64,000 nucleotides of DNA from Hypanus sabinus (lineage: Eukaryota): positions 38,068,001 through 38,132,000 of the forward strand of contig NC_082713.1 in NCBI RefSeq assembly GCF_030144855.1. The letters run 5' to 3'. The notes under the pieces were generated by a model that did no database searches, was not told the DNA's origin, and saw nothing but the letters and a program-made list of their open reading frames with translations. Below are positions 1 through 12,850 of this stretch, piece by piece. A program made the position numbers and the translations under genes. Every line of letters begins with the position of its first letter. Position 1 is the stretch's first letter.

Positions 1-994
1 TAGGTTCCAGTGTTCTCTTGTGAACAACCCAGGTTTGTCCAACCTTTTCTTAGAGCTCTTGCCTTTTAATCTAGGCAGAGAAGTCTTCAAGAATATGTAA
101 ACAGTAGGATGGGCAAACAGGTGGCAGATGCAAGTTAATATACTTAATTGTGAGATGGTACATTTTCAGAAGGAAGAAACAAAGAGCAGAACCATATGCT
201 TATTGTAAAAACACCGAAGAATGTGACTCAATGAAGAATTCAGCATTCACGTATAATTCACAGGGCGTACAACTGCTGCTAGTTAACATCACTTTTCAAA
301 AATCAGCAGAATTTAAGACATTTACATGAAAAGTTATTGAGAACAAGTCTAAAGATGCTGTGTGTATTTAAGATGATGGAAAATAAAACACTATGTATCC
401 TGTAGATATGAAATAAAAACAAAGCAAGTTGAAAATATACAGCAGGTCAGGCAGTAGTTGCGGAGAGAGCAATGAAATTAAGGTTTCATGCCAGGGTGCT
501 AACAGAAAATGACTAGCTGTCATAAAAGGCTGCAGGTTCTCTTGAAGGATGTGGCATTGTTCAGCTATTGTTTGCTACAGAAATCTGAGACTCTTGAAGC
601 AATAACTTGAGGGAGCTCCATAAAAGCCACCTTGGGCAAAGCCCTGTCAATTTCATTCTCTGACAACTCTTGGTTGTTGCAGCTCCTGCTCAGCTGAGAA
701 TCATTACCCCTTCATCTTCCCTGTAAAACTTTATTAAAATTTTATATATTTCATTCAGTTCACCTCTCATTTTTCCTAAGGTCCAGAAGCAAAGTCAATA
801 GGCGCTTCAGCCTAATTTGTCCTCGTAGGGCACACGTTTCAGCCCAGGAATCAATCTGGTGAGGTTTTGTGCATTTTCCCTCACCATATTTGCAAATGTT
901 AGTGAGCATTTTATTGTTGGCTTGAGTGGAAAAAAGAACAAGGCACATCTCTAACAGAATAACAACAGAATATCAGCCATTGCAAAAATATCAA

Positions 995-1225
995 AAAAAC
1001 TTCAGATGCAGGAAATCTGAAATAAAAAATAGAAACTGCTATAGTCAGAAGTTCAGACAGTTTTGGTCGAGAATGTAACAGTGTTAACTTATCAGATCAA
1101 CGATTTCACCAGACGATGTCATAACTTCAATAGATCTGATGGAAGGTCACTGACCTGAAATATTAACACTGCACTGTAGCTTACTGACTTGCTGGCGTAC
1201 TTTCAACACTCGGTTCTATTTCTCC
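995..1225. mobile_element. Old hairpin-type Penelope-terminus element with a degenerate hammerhead motif
   Basis: The left arm (cagatgcaggaaatctgaaataaaaa...gtgttaac) and right arm (...ttaacac...gttctattt) are loosely inverted. 1136-1167 reads CTGATGG A AGGTC act GACCT GAAA TATTAAC with a perfect stem II. A related single arm lies at about 395-495. Confidence 0.55.
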
Positions 1226-1347
1226 CATTTTTAGCATTTTTCCCACATACTTAATTTCTTTTGACTGTATAAAGATTAAGAGAGTGAAAAAGATTGTCAG
1301 ACAGTCTGGAGTGTAAATCTTCAGTAAACCTGAGCTGGGAGTTTAGG

Positions 1348-2262
1348 AGGACGATGGCACCTAACGGTCATTCCTTCGCTTGCATCTTCAGAAAAAGCTC
1401 CATTTCTATCTTTAATGTCTCCATTTTACCCTTTCAAGTTGCTTTATGAAGACCCTGACCTGGAGTTACACGCTGACTTCGGTTCTTTGCAGGAATGGGA
1501 CCCGCTCTCGGGGTTTCACGACTGGCCGCTATTTGATATGTCAAGGATGTGGCCTAGAAGACCGCGCCTTCAGGATTCTGGGATTTTGTGGCTCTGGAGG
1601 CAGGTGGACTTGAGGTGTGTGCCGCCGCAGAAAAGTGGTGCGTTGCGGGAGTACACAGAAGATCGAAAGCAGCAAGTTGGCTGCTGGCTGTGTGCCCAGA
1701 GATCCAAGTGCTTTGGGCACAGAGCTTGGAAAAAACAAAGGAACACACTTTTAACCAGCAAGTTGCTGGGTATGTCTCCCCTCTCGCTGTGAAATGGGGA
1801 CACCTCTTTTGCCCTTATTCAGGAGAGAGAGAGAGAGCCTGTGGTATGTCAAATTACCAAGTGAACGAGTAGTCTTTGGGGTACTGTGTGTCTTTATTGA
1901 TGCTTTGCTGCATGCTTGAGTGCTCAGTGGGGGAGCTGATACATTTTACTGGGGGTGGAGTTTCAAGATGGCGACGTAAACATCTGCCTTTTAGGCGCTC
2001 TTCATTTTTTCAACTATAATCACCCTTTAATCAAATCTTTTCAAACTTAATCACATTTTACTGGTGGGGAGGGAGTTGTTGCTTTGCCGCTGCTTATGTG
2101 TGGGAGGGGTACTGGGTGGGACTTTGGGGTTCTAATGTTGAAGTGTCATTCATTCTTTGGAGCACTCCTCTGTTTTTGTGGATGTTTATGAAGAAAAAGA
2201 ATCTCAGGATGTATATTGTAAAGATTTCTCTGACATTAAATGTACCTTTGAAACATTTGAAA
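1348..2262 (+). mobile_element. Non-autonomous LINE-tailed interspersed repeat (~0.9 kb)
   Basis: GC/CpG-richer than its flanks, starts gacgatggcacc, ends aagaatctcaggatgtatattg...tttgaaacatttgaa. The 3' motif is shared with the element at 16895-19310. The overlapping ORFs have no recognisable domain. Confidence 0.55.
1953..2052 (+). mobile_element. 100-bp insertion resembling an L1 5' end, with 12-bp TSD
   Basis: Direct repeat ACATTTTACTGG at 1941-1952 and 2053-2064. The insert begins (G)n-tggagtttCAAGATGGCG, a G-run plus YY1 site like L1 5' ends. Confidence 0.6.
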
Positions 2263-3009
2263 TTTGGCTCATACTGCCTTTCATTTTTTCTCCCCACTGG
2301 AGATTCACAGATAAAACTTTACATGAATCAAACTCTGATGCAGAATTGGGGGTGTGTGTAAATCACCTCTGAAATCATTGTTCCAGAATATTCTCAGTAC
2401 TGAGTGTATACTATGGCATGTTAAGTGATAATTAAAATTTGCTGGAGCAATAGAGCTGCTGATGTAAGATTTTTTCCTAAATTCTTGTTGGATTTTGATT
2501 TCTGAAGCTGTGAATCTGATCATACCTCCTTTTCCCACATTTATTTTGTACTCCCAGTCTTACTGTTTTACCACTGGTATAACATGTACTGTTTTAAGGC
2601 TAATATACCATTAAGAACTTAAAACATCATGTGATATGAGTTTTAATCAGCTGTGTTAGCCAATGGGGCATTGATTGCCTATAGTATTGGTAGCTTTCCC
2701 TCAGCTATTTGCCTGAGAATCCAGCAGTACCAAAGAGGTATGAAAACTGCTACGGTCTTGAGTTGGAACGTTACTGCTTAAGGCATAACAGAGCAGCAAT
2801 CTAATTTAAAGTACTTAGAGAACTGAATTCTCTAGGAGGAGCAGTGATCATGGCAGTCAGTGTATGTACATGGAGGGTATGTCAGCAATCCTGAAGACTT
2901 TGACTAGTTCAGTCTTTTTCCATGTATACAGAAACTATCTTGAGAGTAAATAATATTGTGGTTTGAGAGAAGGATACATTACACAGCAAATACATAAGGA
3001 TCACAATTT

Positions 3010-6000
3010 ATCAGGACTGGATGGGAGGAGTTAAATGACACAAACTACAAATGAGGTATTTCCAGGGGAATGGCACTGAGCATGGGGCCATGGTGTAGGA
3101 GGAAAAGGGGAAGCAGTAGTGAGAGGGGAATCAATTGTCAGAGGAACAGGCAGGAGATTCTGTGAACATGAAAGGGACACCTGGATGGTATGTTGCCACC
3201 CAGATACTAGGGTAAAAAAGCAAAGATAGCCTGCAGTCAAACTGCAGTTAGGAAGTGCAGGCAGATGATAGGTCAAAATTGAAGGCCCGCAGGGTGAGTA
3301 TCAGTGCATTAGGTGTGTAGAATCAAAAAGGGTAGTACTCCAAATGTTATATCCCAATGTATGGAGTATAAGAAATAAGGTGGATGATCTTGTTGCACTA
3401 TTACAGATTGCCAGGTATAATGTTGTGGCCATCATTGAATCGTGATTGAAAGATGTTGTAGTTGGGGAGCTAAATATCCAAGGTTACACGTATCGGAGGG
3501 ATAGGAAGGTCAGAAGATGGGGTGGCATGGCTCTGCTGTTAAAGAATGGCATCAAATCAGTAGAAAGATGAGACATAGGAACAGAAGGTGTTGAATCCTT
3601 GTGGGTTCAGTTAAGAAAATGTAAGTGTAAAAGAAACCTGATGGTAGTTTTATACAGGCCTCCAAACAGTAGCTCTGATGTGGACCACAGATTACAATGG
3701 GAAATAGAAAAGGTGTGTCAAATGTGCAATGTTATGATAGTCACGGGAGATTTCAACATGCAGATAGATTGGGAAAATCGGGTTGGTGACGGATCTCGAG
3801 AGTGAATGTTGACTGCCGATGAGAAGGCAATTTAGAGTTTGTCATTGAGCTACTAGGAGATCAACTATACGCGATTAGGTGTTATATAATGAACTAGAGG
3901 CGATTAGGGAGCTGAAGGTAAAGGAACTCTTAGGAGACAGAGATCACAATATGAACGAGTTCAACTTGAAATTTGAAAGGGAGAAAGTAAAGTCTGATGC
4001 AGCAGTATTTAAGCGAAGTCGAGGAAATTATAGTGGTATGGGAGAAGAGTTAACCAAAGTAAATTGGCAGAGATGACAGCAGAGCAGCAATGTTTTGAGG
4101 TTCTGGGAAAAATGAAGAAGGTGCAGGATAGATGTATTCCAAAAACAAAGAAATACTCAAATGGCAAAGAGTACAACTGAGACTGACAAGGGAATTCAAA
4201 GCTAATATAAAAGCAAAAGAGAGGGCATACAACAAAGCAAAACTTATAGAGGATTGTAATGCTTTTAAAAACCTAGAGAAAGCAAGTAAAAATCATTAGG
4301 AGGAAAAAGATGAAATATGAAAGCAAGCTAGCAAACAATATCAAGGTGGATAGAAAAAGCTTTTTCAAGTATATTAAAAAAAAAACAGAGATGAGAGTGG
4401 ATAAAGGACTGCTAGAAAATAAGGCCAGAGAAATAACAATGGGGGACAAGGAGATGGCAGATGAACTAAATGAGTATTTTGCATCAGTCTTCACTGTGGA
4501 AGACACTAGCATTGTGACAGGAGTTGAATGGTGTGAGAGAAGAGAAGTGAGTGCAGTTACTATTACAAGAGAGAAGGTGCTCAAAAATCTGAAAGAATTA
4601 AAGGTACATAAGACACCCGGACCAGATAAACTGCAGCCCAGGGTTCTGAAAGAGGTAATGGTAGTGATTGTAGAGGCATTAGTAATGACCTTTCAAAAAT
4701 CAGTCAAATCTGGCATGGTGCCAGAGGACTGAAAATTGCAAATGTCACTCCACTCTTTAAGAAAGGAGGAAGGCAGCAGAAAGGAAATTATAGGCCAGTT
4801 AGCCTGACCTCTTTTGCTTTTACATTAGCTTTGACTTCCCTTGTCAGCTATGTTTGTACTTTTTGCCATTTGAATATTTCTTTGTTTTTGGAATGCAACT
4901 ATCCTGCACCTTGGGAAGATGTTGGACTCAGTTGTTAAGGATGAGGTTATGGAATATTTAGTGACACAGAACAACTTAAGACAAAGACAGCATGGTTTCC
5001 TTAGAGGAAAGTCTTGCCTGACAAACCTGCTGGAATTCTTTGAGGAGATTACAAGTACATTAGATAAAGGAGATGTAGTGGATGTTGTATGTTTGGATTT
5101 TCAGAAGGCCACACATGAGGCTGCTTACCAAGTTAAGGGTCATGGTATTACAGGAAAGTTATTAGCATGGTTAGAGCATTGGCTGCCAGGCAGGAGGCAG
5201 AGAGTGGGAATAAAATGATCCTTTTTTGTTTGACTAGTGATGTTGTGTAGGGGTCGGTGTTGGGACCACTTCTTTTTATGCTGTATATCAATGATTTAGA
5301 TGATAGAATAGACGGCTTTGTTGCCAGGTTTGCAGATGATATGAAGAGTAGTGGAGGGGCAGGTAGTGCTGAGGAAACAGGAAGGCTGCAGAAGGAATTA
5401 GACAGTTTAGGAGAATGGGCAAAAAAAGTGGAAAATTTAAATACAATGTTGGAAAATGCATGGTCATGCACTTTGGTCCAAGAAATAAATGTGCAGACTA
5501 TTTTCTAAATGGGGAAAAAATCCAAAAATCTGAGATGCAAGGGGACTTGGAAGTCCTTGTGCAGAACACCCCAATGGTTAATTTGCAGGTTGAGTCGGTG
5601 GTGAGGAAGGCAATTGCCAAGTTAGCATTCATTTCAAGGGGTCTAGAGTATAAGAGCAGGGTTGGGATGCTGAGGCTTTATAATGCACTGGTGAGGACTC
5701 ACCTTGAGTACTGTGAACAGTTTTGGGCTCCTTTTCTAAAAAAAAAGATTTGCTGGTATTGGAGAGGTTTCAGAGGAGGTTCACAAGGATGATGCCGGGA
5801 ATGAAAGGGTTATCATATGAGGAACGTTTGATGGCTCTGGGTCTGAACTTACTGGATTTTAGAAGGATGAGGGGGGATCTCTTTGGAACCTTTCGAATGT
5901 TGAAAGGCCTAGACAGCAGATATGGAAATGATGTTTCCTATGGTGGGGGAGTCTGGGAGAAGAGGGCACAGCCTCAGGATAGAAGGGCATCCATTTAAAA

Positions 6001-6260
6001 CAGGGATGGGAAGAAATTTCTTCAGCCAGAGGATAATGAATTAGTGGAATTTGTTACCAAAGGCTGCCATGGAGGCCAGGTCATCCGGTGTATTTAGGGC
6101 AGGGTTTGATAGGTTCTTGTCTGGCCATGGCATTAAAGGTTATGGGTAGAAGATTTGGGAGCGGGTCCAAGGAGGGCAAAAAAAGGATCAGTCATGACTG
6201 AATGGCAGAGCATACTTGATGGGCCAAATGGCCTGATACTGCTCCTATATGGTCTATCTT
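3010..6260 (+). mobile_element. Decayed CR1 LINE with ORF1 esterase remnant, APE endonuclease and RT
   Basis: 3110-3215 AVVRGESIVRGTGRRFC...MVCCHP (CR1 ORF1 SGNH/GDSL-like); APE motifs VLYRPP, GDFN, DHN; RT motifs QHGFLRGKSCLTNLLEFFE, LGPLLF..YINDL, FADD; 3' UTR gggccaaatggcct...ctcctat. Many stops and frameshifts. Confidence 0.92.
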
Positions 6261-8419
6261 ACATGAGCTTTGTTAAACATAAACATAAAATAATTTTTCA
6301 ATTCAGTCCTTCAGAGATATTCAAGTGTTACGAGTTTAGCATACACAATGATGGGTCAGTGGAATATAGTACAGTTTGTTCTGTGTGCAGACTAGCCTAT
6401 TACATACCGCATAGTAGTGTACCCTTAAGGATTAAACATGCTAAGTATGAATTTTGATACATTTTGGTACCAGCCACTGCTATTTGGGATTTGACTGCCA
6501 TCAATAAAGGCCACCTTATTGATAGTTCTACCATCATTATTTGCCTTGGCCAGCAGCTCCACAAAAATCTGCTGTACACCTGGCTGGTCCTAATCCTTCC
6601 GAAGGGCCCAGCTCCAGTTAGAAAATCAGGCCATGAGAAACTTGTGAATGATGGCCCGGCTGATGCGAGGCAGTCATTCCATACAACGTTCGCCACAAAT
6701 TTAAATCAGTTCCATGATATAATTCTGCAGCTTGTGGGCGGATGGGTACTTTGACGGAATCACACAGTCTCTGCTCATCCAAATGCGATTCCTGAAACCA
6801 ACTGAAAACGATCATTAAACCTCTAGCCAAATTTATATAAGACAACTATTCCTTTATTCATTGAAGGGGTAAAGCCATCACCCAAGCACTGGCCTCTGAA
6901 TATCAGAAAATTTGTACAAAGAATTAACAGTCTGATCTGGAGTAATAATCACTATGCATGATTAGTGTTCGGCTATCAAATTTCCTCACAATCTCCAGTC
7001 TCAAGTCATAAGAAGTATTAGATATCCAGCTATTGATGCAATGTGTTCAAAAGAGATTTCAATAAATTCAAAATTAATGTTAATCTCTTTGCACATAATA
7101 TCAGTATAGCTTCATGTCTAGATTGAGACAAATACCACATTAAGAAGGTAATTTCAACATTTAGGCATATCAGATCTGATGGGCTAATCATGATTCACCC
7201 TGCCGACTTTCTCTGTCGTTGGCTCAGAACTGCTGCAGCTTTTTGTTACCCTCCCACTCATTTTACACTGTGACAGCAAGCAGAAGAAAAATTCAGCTGA
7301 AGTTGCTCTCTCAACCTCCCCTGATAATAAAGCGCAGTGCTATTCATGATTTTTCAATTTCACCCCAGAATCCCCTTCCTAGTATTCCACCCTTCTTATA
7401 AGAGGAATCCTGACTTAAATAAAACTAAGTCAAGTTGTGTGTTTCCACCTGTTTTTATTGTAATAGATAGTTAACTATGGTTGTTCCGATATTTTCTGTG
7501 TATACCTTTTTGTTTTGCACTCTGCTAACAGTTAGTTAATAGACAGGCCAGCATTATTTAAAATAGTTTGCTTACAATATTAGAGATATGCAGATAAGCA
7601 ATCTCGTCTGTCAGCCATGAGTCGTGCTCGACTTTGAGAAATGTTGAAGAAACATTAAAATGTGACTTATTGCAATAAAGGTTCAGTCAATACTTCAACC
7701 TTTTCATGTCCCTTAGTCATGTTAAAATATGATTTTAAGGTGTTATATAAGAAATGGCTCAACAAAGTTGTACAATAGTGACTTTTGCTTGATTTCAGTA
7801 AAATGCTTCTGGGATGCTTGAAAATTGTTCTAAGCAGCTCATACATAAGATGTCCCTTAATCGAGAGTTCTGGCTCCCTTTATAACCTTAGCAATAATGT
7901 GGTATAAATGAGTAACAATTTGTGGTAAAGTAACTTAATTCAGACCAATTTAGTTAAAATTGAAATCATGCTGGAGGCTCTCAAAACTGGTCCTTGTAGT
8001 TCCAAAATCTGATTAGGAGTAGCAGCTCAGGCAAAAGAAATGTGCCTCCAATCACTGCAAATAATAGAACTGTCAAGTGCACCTATTCCCAGAAAATTGA
8101 CTTTGAGAAACTAGGTAAATATATAAAATAATACTGGTTTCTAAATTGTGCTTTACCACACATGCAGCATTAAAAACACAGAAGGAATTATATTTTGCTG
8201 AATATTTCATTATTATTTTCTATGTTCCTAATCCTTTCTTCTCTGCTAATGCTCAGTCATACAATTCTCTGCTGTGTGATAGAGCACTGGTAGAGGAGAA
8301 AAAAGGATTAGTATACTGTTTTCACTTGTAATTTACCCACAAGGCTATTCTGCATCTGTGATGACCAAAGATTTTTATGGATGCTTGATACAGAAATCTA
8401 GTCTCCCCTGTTTACAGTT

Positions 8420-9035
8420 ATTGTTGTGATTTTTGATGCACTGGACTTGTAGCATACTGTTGTGTTGAAACGGTATACGATCCAACAAATGGAGTTCGTG
8501 ATTGCCTTGGATGTTTTTATTGAGATCACAGGACCCGTTGAACATTGATAATCCAGAATATCACAACTTCAGTTCACCTGCTTCACTGGCGAAACCAAAG
8601 GAGATTGAGCCTCAATGCCTCAGTTTTGGTGAGGACGAGGCTCTTGCAGTAGGGTTGCCTTTGGCATTCGCCCAGGGGAGGAGGTGCCAGGGCAGTATGG
8701 GAGAGAGCAGTGGCCCCTGTGGGCTCACTGGAATCTGTACTGGGTTGGGGCCATCCCCTTCCATCAGTGCAGCCCTCCAGTGCCCAGTCAGTGGAAGAAC
8801 AAGCTGGACCAGGGCGACATATCATCAATCTACAGTCATGTCACTCGGGGTCTTGGGCTACATTAATTTTTTCACTTTGTGTATGTTTTTCTGAAATCGT
8901 AATCATGTGTGCTATTTGTGCTATGTTCATTGTGCTGTGTGCTGTTAGTAATGTGTTTTGCACCTTGGCCCCAGAGGAATGCTATTTCCTTTGGCTATAT
9001 TCATGTATGGCTGAATGATAATTAAACTTATTTTA
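8420..9035 (+). mobile_element. Non-autonomous LINE-tailed repeat, same 3' end as 25430-25930
   Basis: The 3' part tgcaccttggccccagaggaa...tgtatggctgaatgataattaaactt is the reverse complement of about 25446-25520. 5' boundary approximate. Confidence 0.55.
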
Positions 9036-9509
9036 CTTTGTACTGTATCTTAAATAAGCCCAGTTCTTTCATCATCCAATATACACATTTGTATGCTTCG
9101 CATCACTACAACAGGCTGCCTGTGACTTATTTCAGTGCCTGCGCCATCCACTCAAAACATACTTTGTTAATGGGATCCCCACAGGAAATAAATGCTAGGC
9201 AAAATGAATTGATTGTAAACCAGATTTTAAAATGAAACTTACATGATATATGCAGGAAAGGGGAGGGGGGAGAAAGAAGGAAAAACAGACCAAAAAAAGC
9301 ATATACTAGCTTTGGAAGGGGCTGATATGCTGGTTCATGAGAATGATTTTGGAGATAAAAGAATTAAACTGAAGCCAGCCTAGCAACAGATAAGCTTTTA
9401 TCCTTTTAAATACAGTACATGAGATTAAAGAATAATCTAATTAGGGTGTCTGAAATTATTAAAGGACTTTGAAGTATAGATGGAGAGAAGCTATTACTTC
9501 TGACAGTAA

Positions 9510-10500
9510 CTGCCCTTGACATCGAGGCAGCATTTGATTGAGTGTGGCTTCAAAGAGCCCTTTTATGTTGAAGACAATGGAATCAGTGAGAAAACCCTCC
9601 ACTGGTTGGAATCACACCTAGTACTAAGATGTCTCTGGTGGTTGGAGGTCAATTATCTCAGTCACAGGACAGCCCTGCAGGAGCTCCTCAGAGTAGTGTC
9701 TTCCCCACCCCCTATCGTCAGCTGCTTCATCAATGACCGTCCTTCAGTCATAATGTCAGAGATTGGGTTGTTCACTGATGACTGCACAATACTCAGCGCC
9801 ATTCGCGACTCGAGATGATGAAGCAGTCCACATCCAAGTGCATCGAGACCTGGATGACATCCAGGCCTGAGGTGATAGGCAGCAAGTAACATTTCAGCCA
9901 GACAAATGTCATGCAACAAAGACATCCAACAAGAGAAAGTCTAGCTAGTAGCTGTTTGACTTTCACGGATGTTACTATCATCACCCAGGAGATTACCATG
10001 GACCAGAAACTGACCTGGAGCAGCCATAAACACAGTGTGCATTAGAGACTGAAGGCAGGACTCTGATGACAAACTCTCCACTTGTCTGGATGAGTGCAGT
10101 TACAACACTCAAGAAGCTCGGCACAATGTTGGACACAGCAGCCTATTGAGTAGCTATCCTATCTGCAATCATTCACTCACTTCATGACTGGTGCAACAAT
10201 TTGCACCATCCACGGGACACAATGCAGCTACTCACCAAGGTCCATAGACAGCTCCTTCCAAACCCACCATTTGTCCTTTACCAGATAGAAGGACAAGGAC
10301 AGCAAAATCATCTTGATTTGGAAACATACTGCTATTCCTGCTGTCACTGCGTCAATATCCTGCAACTCTTTTCCTTACACACCTCTGGGTATGATCATAT
10401 CTTAAAGACAGCAACAGTTCAAGGAGGAAGTGACCACAGCCTTTTCTTAGACAATTCAGGATGGGCAGTTAAATGCTGGCTCAGCCTGCCAAATCCGCAC
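9510..10500 (+). mobile_element. Old CR1-clade LINE RT/3' fragment (different lineage from the other CR1 copies)
   Basis: TALDIEAAFD*VW, KTLHWLESHL, SCFINDRPSVIMSEIGLFTDDCT (RT motifs A to C). Confidence 0.8.
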
Positions 10501-10804
10501 CCTTTGAATTATTTTTTTAAATAAGAGTTCAGAAAAAAAGGAACATAGCCTTAAAAATTGAGTCAGTCTACTCAGTATGATATCACAGAGGACTTCTTCA
10601 CAAAAGATGTACTGGAATACTGGTGTTCTGACTCTAGCTCTCATTGCCTTCCCAAAAATCTTTTCAACTGAAAACTTTACAATGGAGAATAACATATTTG
10701 TGTTCAATAAAGGTATTACATAATTCCAAAACATGACAATGATCAGCCATGACCTAATCAATTGGCAGAACTGGCTCTAGACGTGAAGGGTTTCCTAGGA
10801 CCAG

Positions 10805-11795
10805 ACAGAAAGCATATGAGCAGAATTAGGTCATTCAGCCCACTGAGTCTGCTTTGCCATTCCATCGTGGCTCATATATCATCCCTCTCAACTCCATTCT
10901 CCTGCCTTCTCCACATAATTCTAGCTAATCAAGAACCTATCAAGCTTCACTTTAAATATACCCAGTGACTTGGCCTTCACAGCCGTCTGTGGTCATGACT
11001 TCCACAGATCTACCGCTCTCTGGCTAAAAATATTTTGTCCTCATCTCTGTTCTAGATAGACGTCCCTCTATTCTGAGGCGGTGCCCTTTAGTCCGAGACT
11101 CCACCACTATAGGAAACATCCTCTCCTCATCCACTCTATCAAGGCCTTTCAATATTCAATAGGTTTCAATGAGATCACCTCTCGACCTTCTAAACTCCAG
11201 TGAGTACAATCCCAAAGCCATCAAATGCTCCTCATATGTTAATCCTTCCATTCGCTGAAACATTTTTGTGAACCTCCTCTTGCTCCTCTTCAATGTCAGC
11301 ACATCTTTTCTTTGATAAGGGGCACAAAACTGCTGACAATACTCCGAATGTGGTCTGACCAGTGCCTTTTAAAGCCTCAGTATTACAACCTTGTTTTTAC
11401 AGTACACTCGAAATGAATGCTAACATTGCATTTACTTTCCTCACCACTGACTCAACCTGCAAGTTAACCTTTACAGAATGCTGCACGAGGACTCCCAAGT
11501 CCCTTTGCATCCCTGATTTTTAGAAATAATCTGTGCCTTTATTCCTCCTACTAAAGTGCATGACCATACATTTTCTTACACTATTTTCCATCTGCTACCT
11601 CTTTGCCCAGTCTCCAAATCTGTCTAAGTCCTTCTCAGACTCCCTGCTTCCTTAACACTACCTGCCCCTCCACCTGTTTCCATATTGTTCACAGGCTTGG
11701 TCACAGAGCTATCAATTCTGTCATCCAAATCATTGACAAATAATGTGATAAGAAGTGGTTTCAACACCGACCCCTGAAGAACTTCACTAGTCACA
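10805..11795 (-). mobile_element. 5'-truncated CR1 LINE
   Basis: VTSEVLQGSVLKPLL...FVNDLDD (ORF 11624..11893) through the ORF2 end; 3' UTR reverse complement ctaattctgctcatatg at about 10812-10828. Confidence 0.9.
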
Positions 11796-12055
11796 GAATA
11801 GAAGGATGAACAGAGACAAGGGGGATTTTCTTTTCCAGTGGATGTTAAATCTTTGGAATACGTTGCCATGGATGGTTGTAGAGGCCAAGTCATTGGATAT
11901 ACTTAAAGCAGAGGTTGATAGATTTCTTGATTAATCAGGGCATCACAGATTACACAGAGAAGACAGGAGAATGAGCGTGATAATAAAGCAACCATGATAG
12001 AATGACGACACAGGCTTGATGGGCCAAATGGCCTAATTCTTCTCTTAAATGGCCT
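11796..12055 (+). mobile_element. CR1 3' end fused head-to-head with the preceding copy
   Basis: gtagaggccaagtcattggatatacttaaagcagaggttgatagatt...gggccaaatggcctaattct. Confidence 0.85.
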
Positions 12056-12659
12056 TCCCATCTACCTACATTCTTGGCTATTCTCCATGAGTAAATAGAC
12101 TGGACTTACTGCTCTAGAAAATGTCCGATATTAAAACCAACATATTGTCCAAGATTTGTGAGGGCTTAAGTCAGTTTGCAACAAGCTAAAAATCAATAAT
12201 CTGTATCTTCAAATGAAGGAAAAGACAACTGGGAAATATTTTTTTCTCATAAACAGATGGTTTCAGATGTGATCAGACTATCTATGCATTTAATGCATAA
12301 AACCTACACTTTTTTGCATTGTTACATTTATAGTAAATGAACACTTTATGCTTGTTACAAAATTAATTGATTTGCTTGCTGTGGTTAATTTACTAATCAT
12401 AAGGCATTAATACTTGACAAGAACATGCAATCCCACTGTAATTAACAATATATATTTTTTAAACCTGTAGTGATTATGATCCATGGAACTCCTACATAGT
12501 ACTGTGGAAGTCAAATAATTCCACAGTAGAATACCGAATGCTTCCAAAAATGACCAGAGAAAACACAAAGGATAGTGTGGACAATATTTAGAGCTAATTT
12601 GCATTAATTTGTCAGTTTTAATCAGTTAATAAAGTTCTCCTGTGCATCCTCAGCAAAAT

Positions 12660-12850
12660 TTGAACAGTTTATAGCTGACAGTCCAGGGACTATGCCAATT
12701 ATCAAAGACACAGTTGTTTGGATAAAACTTTAATATGGGCTTCTGTCTGCCTGCTCTGGTTCTTTAAAGATTGTAATTACCCATGCATAATTCAAAGAAG
12801 AGAAATAACATGTCTTAGCCTATGTTTATCCCTCAATCAACACTCCCTAA
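12660..12850 (+). mobile_element. Ancient Deu-domain SINE remnant (SacSINE1/AmnSINE1-like)
   Basis: ttcaaagaagag...tgtcttagcctatgtttatccctcaatcaaca resembles the Deu core as recalled; similar to 48150-48780. Confidence 0.45.

Noticed and set aside
760-948. ORF ending IRLKRLLTLLLDLRKNER as a possible next PH exon
   Set aside because: No DLIRRDILYYKGRIDMD-like sequence and weak splice sites.
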